From Myxococcota bacterium (GTDB taxonomy: Bacteria; Myxococcota_A; UBA9160; JAFDDA01), in NCBI GenBank assembly GCA_965228475.1, contig OZ245817.1:832001-896000 (forward strand): a DNA stretch of 64,000 nt, given 5' to 3'. The notes beneath the pieces are model-generated. The model was not told the origin of the DNA and did no database searches. It saw only the letters and a list, made by a program, of their open reading frames with translations. A program made the position numbers and the translations under genes. Positions 10,237 through 19,675 of the stretch are shown here, one piece after another. Position 1 is the stretch's first letter, and the number at the start of each line of letters is the position of its first letter.

Positions 10237-11121
10237 ATGCCCGAGCGACGCCTCCTGCAGATCGACGCCTTCACGCACGAACCGCTCGGCGGAAACCCCT
10301 GCGCGGTCGTGCTCGATGCCGAGGGCCTGGACGACGCGACGATGCTCGCGATCGCCCTCGAGATGAACCTCTCGGAGACCGCGTTCCTCGTGCCGAGCGA
10401 GCGCGCGGACTTCGGCGCGCGCTACTTCACGCCCTTCGGCGAGATCCCCATGGCCGGGCATCCGACCGTCGCGACCGTCTTTGCCCTCGCCGAGACCGGC
10501 GCCTTCGCGCTCACCGGCGACCGCACGGAGATCACCCTCGAGCTGCCCGCCGGCGTGCTGCCGATCGAGGTCGACGCACGCGATGGCCGCGTCGAGCGCA
10601 TCGCCATGCGCCAGCCGCGGCCGCGCTTCGGCGAGACCCTGCCGGGCGAAGCGGTCGCGGCGGCCTTCGCGCTCGCGGCCGGAGACCTCGACCCGGGGAT
10701 GCCCTGCCGGATCGTCTCCACGGGGACCCCGCAGTTGATGATTCCCGTGCGAAGCTTGGAAGCGCTGCGCGGCGCTCGCCCCGAAGGCCGGGCTCACGCA
10801 GACCTCGCCGAGGCGCACGGGTTCTTCAGCAGTCATCTCTTCGTGACGTCGGGCGTCGAGACGGGCGACACCTTCGCGCGCCACTTCGCCCCGGGCGAAC
10901 GCGGATTCGAGGACCCGTTCACGGGTTCCGCGACCGGTGCGATGGCGGCCTACCTCTGGCGGGAGGGGCGGCTCGGGCCCCGCTTCGTGGCCGAACAGGG
11001 CCACTGGATGACCCGCCCCGGACGGGCGGAAGTCGAGGTGATCGGCCCCCCCGATGCCATCGAGAGCGTCCGCGTGGCCGGGGGCGCGGTGACGGTCCTG
11101 CGCGGCCATCTCCATCTCTGA
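10237..11121 (+). CDS. PhzF family isomerase
   Basis: DAFT..GGNP, EMNLSETAF, YFTP..E..AGHPT, EDPFTGSA. Confidence 0.92.
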   Translation: MPERRLLQIDAFTHEPLGGNPCAVVLDAEGLDDATMLAIALEMNLSETAFLVPSERADFGARYFTPFGEIPMAGHPTVATVFALAETGAFALTGDRTEITLELPAGVLPIEVDARDGRVERIAMRQPRPRFGETLPGEAVAAAFALAAGDLDPGMPCRIVSTGTPQLMIPVRSLEALRGARPEGRAHADLAEAHGFFSSHLFVTSGVETGDTFARHFAPGERGFEDPFTGSATGAMAAYLWREGRLGPRFVAEQGHWMTRPGRAEVEVIGPPDAIESVRVAGGAVTVLRGHLHL

Positions 11122-11281
11122 GGGCCTTCCCCCGTCCTTTCCGGCACCCGCCGAATATTCTTCTCCGGCGCCGCGTCGGTGTGAGCGGCGGCACGTTCCG
11201 TTTTGGAGCACGGGCCGTTATCATGCTCGCTCCCGCAGCGAATGCGGGCCCGCCACGGGCGGGAATCAGAATGGAGACCTC

Positions 11282-11752
11282 ATGTCGCGCGCGAACATTC
11301 TGCGAATGACCCCCGTCGTGGCCCTCTGCTTTGCACTGGTCGCCTGTGGTGAGACCGTCGGTCCGAAGGCCGTGGGCGGTGCCGCCGTCGGCGCCACGGC
11401 CGGTGGCCTGATCGGAGCCGCCGCGGGCGGCGGAACGGCCGGAATCATCGGCGGCGCCCTGCTGGGCGGTCTCGCCGGCGGTGCCCTCGGTGACAAGCTC
11501 GACCAGAACGACCGGCGTCTGGCCCAGGAGAACTACTACCGCTCGATGGAGTACGGCCGCACCGGTCAGAGCTCGAGCTGGAGCAACCCGGACAGCGGCC
11601 ACAGCGGCAGCATCACGCCCACGCGGACGTACGAAACGCCGACGGGTCCGTGCCGCGACTTCAAGCAGACCATCTACATCGACGGCCAGGCCCAGGAAGG
11701 CCAGGGCACCGCGTGCCGCCAGGCCGATGGGACGTGGAAGATCCGGAACTGA
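11282..11752 (+). CDS. Glycine-zipper surface lipoprotein (17 kDa surface antigen-like)
   Basis: Lipobox LVAC, glycine zipper, W.NPDSG..G, CRDF.QTI, GTACRQADGTW. Confidence 0.88.
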   Translation: MSRANILRMTPVVALCFALVACGETVGPKAVGGAAVGATAGGLIGAAAGGGTAGIIGGALLGGLAGGALGDKLDQNDRRLAQENYYRSMEYGRTGQSSSWSNPDSGHSGSITPTRTYETPTGPCRDFKQTIYIDGQAQEGQGTACRQADGTWKIRN

Positions 11753-11776
11753 ACCGGGCCCCACGTTCGAGGACCC

Positions 11777-11810
11777 GATCGGGCCGTCTCGCATGCGAGG
11801 CGGCCCGATC
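11777..11810. terminator. GC-rich hairpin, probable terminator
   Basis: GATCGGGCCGTCTCGC-AT-GCGAGGCGGCCCGATC near-perfect inverted repeat after the lipoprotein gene. Confidence 0.5.
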
Positions 11811-11827
11811 CATTTCCGGAGACGCCG

Positions 11828-12061
11828 ATGCGCATTCGACTCGACGAGGAGCGGCGAAAGGATCTCGTCGCGAAGATCCAGGCCCATCTCCGCGAGCACT
11901 TCGACGAGGACGTCGGCGTCCTGAAGGCCGAGCTGTTGCTCGCGTTCTTCGTGAAGGAGCTCGGGCCGCCCGTCTACAACCAGGCGATCCAGGACGCCCA
12001 CGGCTTCATCGCCGACAAGCTGGTGGATCTCCAGGGCGAGTTCTACGAGCCGGAGTCCTAG
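11828..12061 (+). CDS. DUF2164 family protein
   Basis: LL.FF.KELGP.VYNQAIQDA pattern, 77 aa. Confidence 0.82.
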   Translation: MRIRLDEERRKDLVAKIQAHLREHFDEDVGVLKAELLLAFFVKELGPPVYNQAIQDAHGFIADKLVDLQGEFYEPES

Positions 12062-12142
12062 AGCCCGTCTCAGAAACGTCTTGCGGGTTCGGATCACCGG
12101 GAAGGGCCGAACCCGCTTCACACTTCTCGAGACCGGCTCTAG
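12058..12142. mobile_element. MITE/REP-like 85-bp palindromic element
   Basis: CTAGAGCCCGTCTCAGAA...TTCTCGAGACCGGCTCTAG imperfect terminal inverted repeats; internal stem GCGGGTTCGG/CCGAACCCGC. Confidence 0.5.
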
Positions 12143-12149
12143 GCGGAGT

Positions 12150-13862
12150 TCAGAAGCGTCCCGAGCGCAGGAAGCCCCAGGCGAGCAGCAGCCAGGCGCC
12201 GCCCGCGAGCCCGAAACCGACGAGCCCGAGCACGGTCGAGAGCGTGAGGCCGAAGGGCAGGGCGGGCCCGGTCTCCGCGGTGAAGAGCCACGCCGAAGCG
12301 ACGAGCAGCGCCGCGAGCACGACGGCCAGGGAAGCGCGGTTGGTGCTGCGCGCGCGTTCGCGCTCCGCCTCCGCGCGGCCTTCGAGGGCGACGCGGAGCT
12401 CGAAGTCGCCGCCGGCCAGGCGGCGCGTGATGCGCCGCAGGTCCGTCGGCAGGCTCGTCGCGAGGTCGAGGTAGGCGCGGGCGACGCGCAGGCCGTCGCG
12501 CGCGAGGTAGCGCGGGTCCTGCAGCCGCCCGATCCAGAGCTTCAGGGCGTAGGGGCGGATCGCCTCGAGCGGGTCCATGGCCGGGTCGAGCGTGCGCGCG
12601 GTGCCTTCCATGGTGGCGAGGGCCTTGCCGATCAGGAAGAGGTCCGCCGGCACGCGCACCCGGTGGCGCGCGAGCACCTCGAAGATTTGGGTCATGAGCT
12701 GGGAGACGTCGACCTCGCCGATCGGGACCGAGTGGAAGCGCACGATCAGCTCGTCGACGTCGCGCTCGAGGGCCTTCGCGTCGACCTCGTCGTCGACGAG
12801 CTCGAGCCGGACGAACAGGCGGAGGATGCGCCCGGCGTCCTGCAGCAGGATCCCGACGATCAGGTCGAGCAGATCGTCCAGGGTGTCGCGGTCGAGGGTG
12901 CCCATCTGGCCGAGATCGATCGGCGCGATGCGGCCGCCCGGCAGGACGAACCAGTTGCCCGGGTGCGGATCGCCGTGGAAGAAGCCGTTGCCGAAGAGCT
13001 GTTCGAGCACGAAGTTCGTGCCGGTCTGGGCGAGCGCCTTGCGGTCGATGCCCGCCGCGTCGAGGGCCGGCACGTCGTCGGCCTTGATCCCGTCGATCCA
13101 CTCGACGACGAGGATCTTGTCGGTGCAGAGCTCCCGGTAGGCCTTCGGGACGTGGATGCGTTCGTCGTCCGCGAAGTCGCCCGTGAAGCGCTGGTAGTTC
13201 GCGGCCTCCTGGGTGAGATCGATCTCGCGCACGATCGAGCGCGAGAACTCCTCGACCACCCCGACCGGGTCGTAGCCGCGGAGCTCCGGGAGGTTCTCCT
13301 CGACGAGCCCGGCGAGGGTGCGCAGCACGTCGACGTCCGTGGCGATCGTCCGCTCGAGGTCGGGCCGCCGCACCTTGACCGCGACGTCTTCGCCCGAGGG
13401 CAGCGTCGCGCGGTGCACCTGGGCGATCGATGCCGCCGCGATCGGCTCTTCCCCGAACTGCGCGAAAATCTCGCCGATGGGGCGGCCGAGCTCCGCTTCG
13501 ATCTGGCGCCGGGCCTCGGCGGGCGCGAAGGGGGCGACGTCGTCCTGGAGCTTGCGCAGCTCCTCGATCCAGGAGAGCGGGACGAGGTCCGGCCGGGTCG
13601 CGAGGATCTGGCCGAGCTTGATGAACGTAGGGCCCAACTCCTCGAGGGCCATGCGCACGCGTTCCTCGGTGCGCAGCTCGACGAGGGCCTCGCGCTCGCG
13701 GCGGAAGCGCAGGAGGTTGCGGCCGCGTTCGGCGACGCCTTCGAGGCCCGTGCGCGCGAGCACGTCGCCGAAGCCGTACTTCACGATCACGCCGACGACC
13801 TCGCGCACGCGGGCGAGGTTGCGGACGGTCTGCGGGAGGCGGAGCCAGGGGCTGAGCGCCAT
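12150..13862 (-). CDS. AarF/UbiB/ABC1 family kinase with C-terminal TM helices
   Basis: ELGPTFIKLGQ, AAASIAQVH, VAVKV.RP, FFHGDPHPGN; ATG overlaps the upstream stop. Confidence 0.92.
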   Translation of the reverse strand: MALSPWLRLPQTVRNLARVREVVGVIVKYGFGDVLARTGLEGVAERGRNLLRFRREREALVELRTEERVRMALEELGPTFIKLGQILATRPDLVPLSWIEELRKLQDDVAPFAPAEARRQIEAELGRPIGEIFAQFGEEPIAAASIAQVHRATLPSGEDVAVKVRRPDLERTIATDVDVLRTLAGLVEENLPELRGYDPVGVVEEFSRSIVREIDLTQEAANYQRFTGDFADDERIHVPKAYRELCTDKILVVEWIDGIKADDVPALDAAGIDRKALAQTGTNFVLEQLFGNGFFHGDPHPGNWFVLPGGRIAPIDLGQMGTLDRDTLDDLLDLIVGILLQDAGRILRLFVRLELVDDEVDAKALERDVDELIVRFHSVPIGEVDVSQLMTQIFEVLARHRVRVPADLFLIGKALATMEGTARTLDPAMDPLEAIRPYALKLWIGRLQDPRYLARDGLRVARAYLDLATSLPTDLRRITRRLAGGDFELRVALEGRAEAERERARSTNRASLAVVLAALLVASAWLFTAETGPALPFGLTLSTVLGLVGFGLAGGAWLLLAWGFLRSGRF

Positions 13863-14314
13863 CAGGGTTGCTCCCGCCCGCCATCGCCGCGGGTCGCGGG
13901 TTGCTCCCGCCCGCCGTCGCCGCGGGTCGCGGGTTGCTCCCGCCCGCCGTCGCCGCGGGTCGCGGGTTGCTCCCGCCCGCCGTCGCCGCGCGCGGCGAGC
14001 TGGCGTTCGATCCGGTCGAGCCGCGCGTCGAGGGCGTCGAGACGCTCGCGCAGGGCCTCGTCGCCCGCGCCCGCCGCCGGCGTGGCGAGGGTGCCGAGGC
14101 CTTCGGCGACCGCGCGCAGGGGCGTGAGCACGTTCTCCGAAACGAAGGACGTGCTGCGGTCGATGGCCTCCGTGACCGCCGATTCGAGGGCCTGGGCCTC
14201 CTCCGCCGAGAGGTCCCCGCGCGAGACGAGCTCGTGGAGGGCGCGGCGCGCGTCCTCGCGAACGCTCTTCGTGCCGCGGGTGATCCAATCTTCGAGGGCA
14301 TCGCGCCTGCTCAC
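13862..14314 (-). CDS. Phasin-like coiled-coil protein with C-terminal 11-aa repeats
   Basis: ELV.RG.LS.EEA and L..RLD.L..RL..IE patterns; coupled to the UbiB-family gene. Confidence 0.65.
   Translation of the reverse strand: MSRRDALEDWITRGTKSVREDARRALHELVSRGDLSAEEAQALESAVTEAIDRSTSFVSENVLTPLRAVAEGLGTLATPAAGAGDEALRERLDALDARLDRIERQLAARGDGGREQPATRGDGGREQPATRGDGGREQPATRGDGGREQP
13865..13990. repeat. 33-bp tandem repeat, about 3.8 copies
   Basis: Unit GGGTTGCTCCCGCCCGCCRTCGCCGCGGGTCGC at 13865, 13898, 13931 and partial at 13964. Confidence 0.95.
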
Positions 14315-14381
14315 GGCCGGGCTCCCATGCTGCCGGAGAGGATCGCGCTCTTCTCGCGAAGCGCCACGCGGGTGGAAGCCT

Positions 14382-15875
14382 TCAGTCGAGGGCGATCCAT
14401 CCGGTCTCCCCGTCGGTCCGGACGGTGCCGGTGCGCCCGACGCCCTCCTCGGCCTCGAGCGCCGCGAGCACGTCCTCCCCGCCCTCGACGAAGGCCAGGA
14501 AGCGGCGCTCGTCCTCGAGGCGGCCGACGGCGATGCCGCGCTCCGGGGCGCCCTCGCGGTCGTGGGCGACGGTGTAGGCCTCGATCCGTCCCCGGCCCTC
14601 GGGCACGGCGGCGACCTCCACCGGCCCGACGGCTTCGGCCGGCGCCGCCGGCTGACTCGGGAGTTCCATTCTCGGGAGCGTGCTGTAGAGCCCCGCGCTG
14701 TGCTTGGTGAAGAACCAGCCGACGCCGGTGGTCATGCCGATCGCCCCCGGGTCCGCGCGCAGGCGCTTCACCATCGCGGCTACCGAGTGGGTCACGTAGT
14801 TGTTGCCGGGGCCGCCCGCGTAGGCGAGGCCGCCGGTCACGGTGAGGGGGCGGGGGTCGTCGGACTCGATCCCGAGGGCGCGGCAGGCGAGCTGCACTGC
14901 CGACGGGAAGCAGCTGTAGAGGTCGAAGGCGTGGACGTCCTCGACGGCGAGGCGGGCTTCGGCGAAAGCATCGCCAAAGACGCGGGCCATGCCGTTCGAG
15001 GCATCGAGCTCCGGGCGCTCGGCGAGGTGCCAGGGCGTCTCGTTCGCATCCCCGCCGCCGAGCCAGTGCACGAGCCGGTCCGCGGGAACCCCGAGCGCGC
15101 GGGCTCGCTCCGCGGAGGTCAGGAGCAGCGCTGCGGACTGATCGACCACGAGCATCGCGTTCATGTACTTGGTGTACGGGAAGGCGACCATGCGGTTGCT
15201 CGTGCCCGGCACGGTGATCTCTTCCGCGCTGCGGCGCGTGCGAAACCAGGCGTGGGGGTTGTCTGCGGCGACGTCGCTGGCCCGCGCCATCAGGCGGCCG
15301 AGGGCCCGGCGGTGGGTCTCGACGTCGCGCCCGAGCGCCGCGCGCAGGGCGTTCTCGTAGAGCGGGTAGACGTAGATCGGCAGCATGAGCTGGTGCCGGA
15401 CTTCGGCTTCGCTGGCGGGCGGGGGCTCGGCGGCGATCTCGCTCGGTTCGCCGCCGCCCGACCAGTCGTAGACGATGCCGGCCTTGCGGGCGCGGCGCCG
15501 GGATTCGAGCGCCTCCGCTCCCGCGACGAGCACGAAGTCCGCCTCGCCCGCCTCGATCGCACGGGCCGCCGCGTTGATCTGCTTCTGGGGGCCGTTGCCG
15601 CCCACCGCCGTGTAGCGGGGCGTGGCCGCCGAGGCGCCGAGCCCCTCGGCCAGGAGCCGGGCGGCGTTCGCGTAGCGCGCGCCGAAGACCGAGGGGACGA
15701 TCACCTGGTCGAGTTCGCCCAGGGCTTCGCGCCGGAGGCCCGCGTCCTGCGCTGCGAGGCCGGCCGCTTCGAGCATCAGCGCGACCGGGTCCTTCGTGTT
15801 CGCCGGGTCCGGGTCGCGCTCGGTGACCTGACCGACGCCGACCACGACGGGGCAGCGCGCGGGGTCCTGGCTCAT
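14382..15875 (-). CDS. Acetyl-CoA acetyltransferase (thiolase-like)
   Basis: PVVVGVGQ, GGNGPQ, DLYSCFPSAV, TVTGGL.YAGGPGNNY. Confidence 0.88.
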   Translation of the reverse strand: MSQDPARCPVVVGVGQVTERDPDPANTKDPVALMLEAAGLAAQDAGLRREALGELDQVIVPSVFGARYANAARLLAEGLGASAATPRYTAVGGNGPQKQINAAARAIEAGEADFVLVAGAEALESRRRARKAGIVYDWSGGGEPSEIAAEPPPASEAEVRHQLMLPIYVYPLYENALRAALGRDVETHRRALGRLMARASDVAADNPHAWFRTRRSAEEITVPGTSNRMVAFPYTKYMNAMLVVDQSAALLLTSAERARALGVPADRLVHWLGGGDANETPWHLAERPELDASNGMARVFGDAFAEARLAVEDVHAFDLYSCFPSAVQLACRALGIESDDPRPLTVTGGLAYAGGPGNNYVTHSVAAMVKRLRADPGAIGMTTGVGWFFTKHSAGLYSTLPRMELPSQPAAPAEAVGPVEVAAVPEGRGRIEAYTVAHDREGAPERGIAVGRLEDERRFLAFVEGGEDVLAALEAEEGVGRTGTVRTDGETGWIALD

Positions 15876-15885
15876 GAGGGCGCTC

Positions 15886-16572
15886 CTATCGCCACGCGAA
15901 GACCGGCTGCTCGTAGTGGTCGACCCGGGTCGAGCGGCCGTGGAGCGCGACTTCGCGGAGCTGGAAGAGGAGCGCCGCGGTCGGGGCGTGGATGTCGGTC
16001 TCGAGCATGGCGATCGAGATCACGGGCCGGTCGCTCTCCGGGATGGCGCGCAGGCGCGGGACGCCGGGCGCTTCGAGGACGTCGAGCGGTACGCGGTAGG
16101 CGGCCGCCACCTCGGCCGGGTCCGGGACGAGGGCGGCCTCGGCCAGGCGCCCGACGAAGAGCACCACGGGCGTGATGACGAAGCCCGAGCGCGTGGCGTA
16201 GTCGTCGAGCAGGCCGAGGACGGACTCGGGCCCGCACTCGACGCCGAGCTCCTCGGAGAGTTCGCGGCGTGCGGCCTCTTCGGGGGTCTCGCCGGGGTCG
16301 AGCCGGCCGCCGGGGAGCGCCCACTGGCCGCCGTGGTTGCGCAGGGTGCTCGCGCGGCGCGTGATGAGGAAGCCCGCCTGGTCCGCCGCCTCACCTTCGG
16401 CAACGTCGACGAGGGTCAGCGCGACGGCGGCCGCCCGCTGGCCTTCGGCCGGTGCGGTCCGCCGCTCGAAGGCGGAGAGGTTCTGGGCGACGTGCTCGCG
16501 CAGGCCTTCGCCGATGCGCCACCGGCCGGGGCCCGGCGCGCCTCCGATCGAATCCGAGGGGTCTCCGCTCAC
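15886..16572 (-). CDS. Nudix hydrolase, CoA pyrophosphatase type
   Basis: [12 protein letters not shown]...[15 protein letters not shown]udix box; GTG overlaps the fabG stop. Confidence 0.88.
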   Translation of the reverse strand: MSGDPSDSIGGAPGPGRWRIGEGLREHVAQNLSAFERRTAPAEGQRAAAVALTLVDVAEGEAADQAGFLITRRASTLRNHGGQWALPGGRLDPGETPEEAARRELSEELGVECGPESVLGLLDDYATRSGFVITPVVLFVGRLAEAALVPDPAEVAAAYRVPLDVLEAPGVPRLRAIPESDRPVISIAMLETDIHAPTAALLFQLREVALHGRSTRVDHYEQPVFAWR

Positions 16573-17408
16573 GCGCCCGGCATCCCGCCGTTCACGCCGA
16601 TCACCTGCCCCGTGATGTAGGAGGCGGCCTCGGAGCACAGGAACCCGACCACGGCGGCGACCTCGTCCGGCCGCCCGGCGCGGGCCAGCGGGATGGTCGC
16701 GACGATCTCCTCGGCCGGGAGCTCCGCCGTCATGTCCGTCGCGATGAAGCCCGGGGCGACGGCGTTGCACAGGATGTTCCGGCGCGCGTACTCGCGGGCG
16801 AGGCTGCGCGTGAACCCGACGAGCCCGGCCTTGGCCGCCGCGTAGTTCGCCTGGCCCGCGTTGCCCGCGAGCCCGGCGATCGAGGTCACGTTCACGATGC
16901 GCCCGCCGCGGGCCTTCATCATGCCCTTGAGCGCCGCGCGCGTGACGTGGAAGGCGCCAGTGAGGTTGGTCTCGACGACGGCGTTCCAGTCTTCGTCGCT
17001 CATGCGCGCCACGAGGCCGTCGCGCGTCATCCCCGCGTTGTTGACGAGGACGTCGAGCGGACCCTCTTCGGCGAGCGCCGGGCCCAGTTCGCTCGCGATC
17101 TGCTCGGCCGAGCCGAGGTCGAAGGCGATCTGGCGCGCCTGCCCCCCGGCCTCCTCGATTTCCTTGCACACCGCGCCGGCGGCATCGCGGTTGCGGTGGC
17201 AGTGGACCCAGACGCGGAAGCCGTCGCGGCCGAGCTGGCGGGCGATGGCCGCGCCGATCCCGCGGCTCGCCCCCGTGACGAGGGCCTGGCGCGCGGCACC
17301 CTCTTTCGTTCCGCGCGCGGTACCTTGGCGATCCTTCGGGCTCAGGGCGTTCTCCGGCTGCGGGGCGTGGGCTGCGTTAGGATGCGGGATCGCCCGCCCA
17401 CGGTCCAC
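16569..17408 (-). CDS. fabG: 3-oxoacyl-ACP reductase (start uncertain: GTG 17408 or CTG 17345)
   Basis: [40 protein letters not shown]. Confidence 0.87.
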   Translation of the reverse strand: MDRGRAIPHPNAAHAPQPENALSPKDRQGTARGTKEGAARQALVTGASRGIGAAIARQLGRDGFRVWVHCHRNRDAAGAVCKEIEEAGGQARQIAFDLGSAEQIASELGPALAEEGPLDVLVNNAGMTRDGLVARMSDEDWNAVVETNLTGAFHVTRAALKGMMKARGGRIVNVTSIAGLAGNAGQANYAAAKAGLVGFTRSLAREYARRNILCNAVAPGFIATDMTAELPAEEIVATIPLARAGRPDEVAAVVGFLCSEAASYITGQVIGVNGGMPGA

Positions 17409-17449
17409 ACGGACCCCTGTTGGACCCCTGTCCGAGACGAATCCAACCC

Positions 17450-18334
17450 GTGAACCATCTCCCCGACGTAGAGCGGCGCAGGCTCTCCTTGCCCGAGCGT
17501 GGCGTCGAGATCGCCCTGCTCGATTTTGGCGGCGAAGGCCCCCCGCTGCTCGCCCACCACGCCAACGGCTTCTGTGCCGCGATGTGGGCTCCGGTGCTCG
17601 AGGCGCTTCGCTCGCGCTTCCGCATCTTCGCGATGGACGCCCGCGGCCACGGGGATTCCTCCTCGCCCGAGGGCGCCGCGCCCTTCGCCTGGAGCGAGTT
17701 CGTGGGCGACGTGGGCGCGGTGGCCGACCGCATCGCCGACGAGCAGGGAGAGCCCGTCGCGCTGGGCCTCGGCCATTCCTTCGGCGGGACCTCCACCCTC
17801 GGCGCGGCGGCCGCCCGGCCGGGCCGCTTCGGCCGCGTGCTGTGCGTCGACCCGGTGATCTTCCCGCCGACGGGCGTCGACGCCGAGCGCGCGGCGCGCG
17901 GCAGCCGTCTCGTCGAAGGGACCCTGCGCCGCCGGCGCGAGTGGCCGAGCCGGGAGGAGGCGCTCACCCATCTGCGCAGCCGCGACCTGTTCGCCGAGTT
18001 CACCGGCCGCGCCCTCGAGCTCTACGTCGACGAGGGGATGCGCCCCACGGGCGACGGCGGCGTCTCGCTCAAGTGTGCGCCGGAGGTGGAGGCCGCCGTG
18101 TTCTCCGGGCCGGGGAGCTTCGACGTCTTCTCCGCCGTCGAGGATCTGGCGACCCCGTCGCGTCTGCTCTGGGCCCGCGGCGGGAACTTCCCACGCGCCC
18201 TCTACGAAGCGCTCGTCGAGAAGATGAAGGCCGGGGACGTCGAGGACATCGAGGGTGGGCATCTCGTGCCGATGGAAGACCCGGCGCGCGTCGTCGCGGC
18301 GATCGAACGCTTCGTCGACGAACCGTTCGCTTAA
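17450..18334 (+). CDS. Alpha/beta hydrolase
   Basis: HANGF, DARGHGDS, GHSFGG, GGHLVPME. Confidence 0.88.
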   Translation: MNHLPDVERRRLSLPERGVEIALLDFGGEGPPLLAHHANGFCAAMWAPVLEALRSRFRIFAMDARGHGDSSSPEGAAPFAWSEFVGDVGAVADRIADEQGEPVALGLGHSFGGTSTLGAAAARPGRFGRVLCVDPVIFPPTGVDAERAARGSRLVEGTLRRRREWPSREEALTHLRSRDLFAEFTGRALELYVDEGMRPTGDGGVSLKCAPEVEAAVFSGPGSFDVFSAVEDLATPSRLLWARGGNFPRALYEALVEKMKAGDVEDIEGGHLVPMEDPARVVAAIERFVDEPFA

Positions 18335-18340
18335 GCGCCC

Positions 18341-18730
18341 CTACTTCTCGACGGGAAGTCCGCGCTTCGTCCAGCCCGCGTAGCCCTCGGCCATCGAGCG
18401 CACCGTCGTGAATCCCATGTCGAGCAGCGTCGCGGCGGCGAGCGCCGAGCGGTGTCCGCCGCCGCAGTAGAGCACGAGCTTTCGCGAACGGTCGGCCCAC
18501 CACGGGTCGCGCTTCGGATGCTCGAGGTCCGCCCGGACCTCGAGGAAGCCGCGCGGCGAGCTGCGCGCCGCGGGAAGGCGGCCGGCCGCGAACTCGTCGG
18601 GTTCACGCACGTCGACGATCTCCCAGCCGTCCCGCCCGGGTCGGCCGAGCAGTCCGTGGACGTCCTCGGGCGAGATCTCCTCGACCCGCTCGAGGGCCTC
18701 GGTGACGAAATCGTGAAGGCTCCGGGCCAT
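18341..18730 (-). CDS. Rhodanese-like domain protein
   Basis: DVREPDE, YCGGGHRS, GY.GW...GLP; AAGGAG RBS. Confidence 0.9.
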   Translation of the reverse strand: MARSLHDFVTEALERVEEISPEDVHGLLGRPGRDGWEIVDVREPDEFAAGRLPAARSSPRGFLEVRADLEHPKRDPWWADRSRKLVLYCGGGHRSALAAATLLDMGFTTVRSMAEGYAGWTKRGLPVEK

Positions 18731-18771
18731 GCGCTTTCTCCTTCTCGTCGCCTGCCCATAAATCATAACGA

Positions 18772-18836
18772 AATCGAGCACTTGAAGCCCCGGCGCGCCG
18801 TTTTCTCCGGCCCCGAAAAAAGGCGCACCTCGCGCT
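18772..18836 (+). promoter_or_regulatory. IHF-like site plus weak sigma54-like promoter
   Basis: AATCGAGCACTTG (18772-18784, 1 mismatch to WATCAANNNNTTR); AGGCGCACCTCGCGCT (18821-18836, GG-N10-GC). Confidence 0.35.
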
Positions 18837-18913
18837 GACACAAGCCCCTCCGAGCCACCACTGAAATCCAGACAAGCAGTTGCGCACGGAGGCGGAGAGG
18901 CCTCCGGAGGAGA

Positions 18914-19552
18914 ATGAAGATGCGAAGTTGGATGGCCGGGATCTTGACCACGGCCTTGTTGTTGACGGCGGCGGCGCCCGCGTCCGCCCTTCCCTCGACC
19001 GACGATCTGGTCAACTGGACCGAGACGTGGATCAACGGGAACTACGAGCTGGAAGAGTTCACCTTCGACGAGGACTCGGAGTACTCCCTCGGCGCCTTCG
19101 ACACGCCGGTGATCAACTTCGACTCCGTGCTCGCGGGCACCCAGGTGCTCGGGACGATCATCACGGTGACCCTCCCGAACTTCTTCGATCCGCTTCCGGA
19201 GAAGAACATCTACATCGCCTTCGAGGGCGGGAACGGCGGCGCGCAGGGCAACGACTTCCCCTTCGTGACGAGCATCATCGGGAGCGACAGCGAGTACCCC
19301 GGTGGCGGCGGCAGCGTGCCGGTGTTCGGCAGCCTGGTCGACGGCAGCGTCATGTGCACGAGCATGCTCTGCGAGCAGGAATGGCTGATCGAGCCGAACC
19401 CGGACTTCGAGACCATCACGGCCTTCATCCCGACGAGCTTCGAGTTCACCTCGATGCACATCGTCACCCAGTCGGTTCCGGAGCCGGGAGTCACGGCGCT
19501 CTTCGGCATCGGCGTGCTGGGCCTCGCGATGGCGGGCCGCCGACGCGCCTAG
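18914..19552 (+). CDS. PEP-CTERM sorting domain protein (acidic)
   Basis: Signal peptide ending ASA; C-terminal VPEPG + TM helix + RRRA; GGAGGAG RBS. Confidence 0.93.
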   Translation: MKMRSWMAGILTTALLLTAAAPASALPSTDDLVNWTETWINGNYELEEFTFDEDSEYSLGAFDTPVINFDSVLAGTQVLGTIITVTLPNFFDPLPEKNIYIAFEGGNGGAQGNDFPFVTSIIGSDSEYPGGGGSVPVFGSLVDGSVMCTSMLCEQEWLIEPNPDFETITAFIPTSFEFTSMHIVTQSVPEPGVTALFGIGVLGLAMAGRRRA

Positions 19553-19589
19553 CGCCGGCACCCCGCGCGGCGACGCGCGCGATTCTCGC

Positions 19590-19623
19590 AACGGGCTCCT
19601 CACCTCGCGGTGAGGGGCCCGTT
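19590..19623. terminator. Hairpin after PEP-CTERM gene
   Basis: AACGGGCTCCTCACC-TCGC-GGTGAGGGGCCCGTT. Confidence 0.55.
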
Positions 19624-19675
19624 CGCGTTTCCGGAGGCGCTCGCTTTTCGCGACCCGCCGAGCGAAGCTCGGGAC

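Noticed and set aside
10237..11121. Phenazine biosynthesis cluster
   Set aside because: Lone PhzF-family gene with no other phz genes; the nearby chorismate enzyme has PabB-type motifs
13865..13990. 33-bp repeats as a CRISPR array
   Set aside because: Head-to-tail copies without spacers, in frame within a CDS, and no cas genes
12081..16175. Very long ORFs in the track (e.g. 1364 aa here; also 49923-53570, 26620-29310, 21246-23693)
   Set aside because: Antisense or off-frame shadows of motif-bearing genes; stop codons are rare at this GC content
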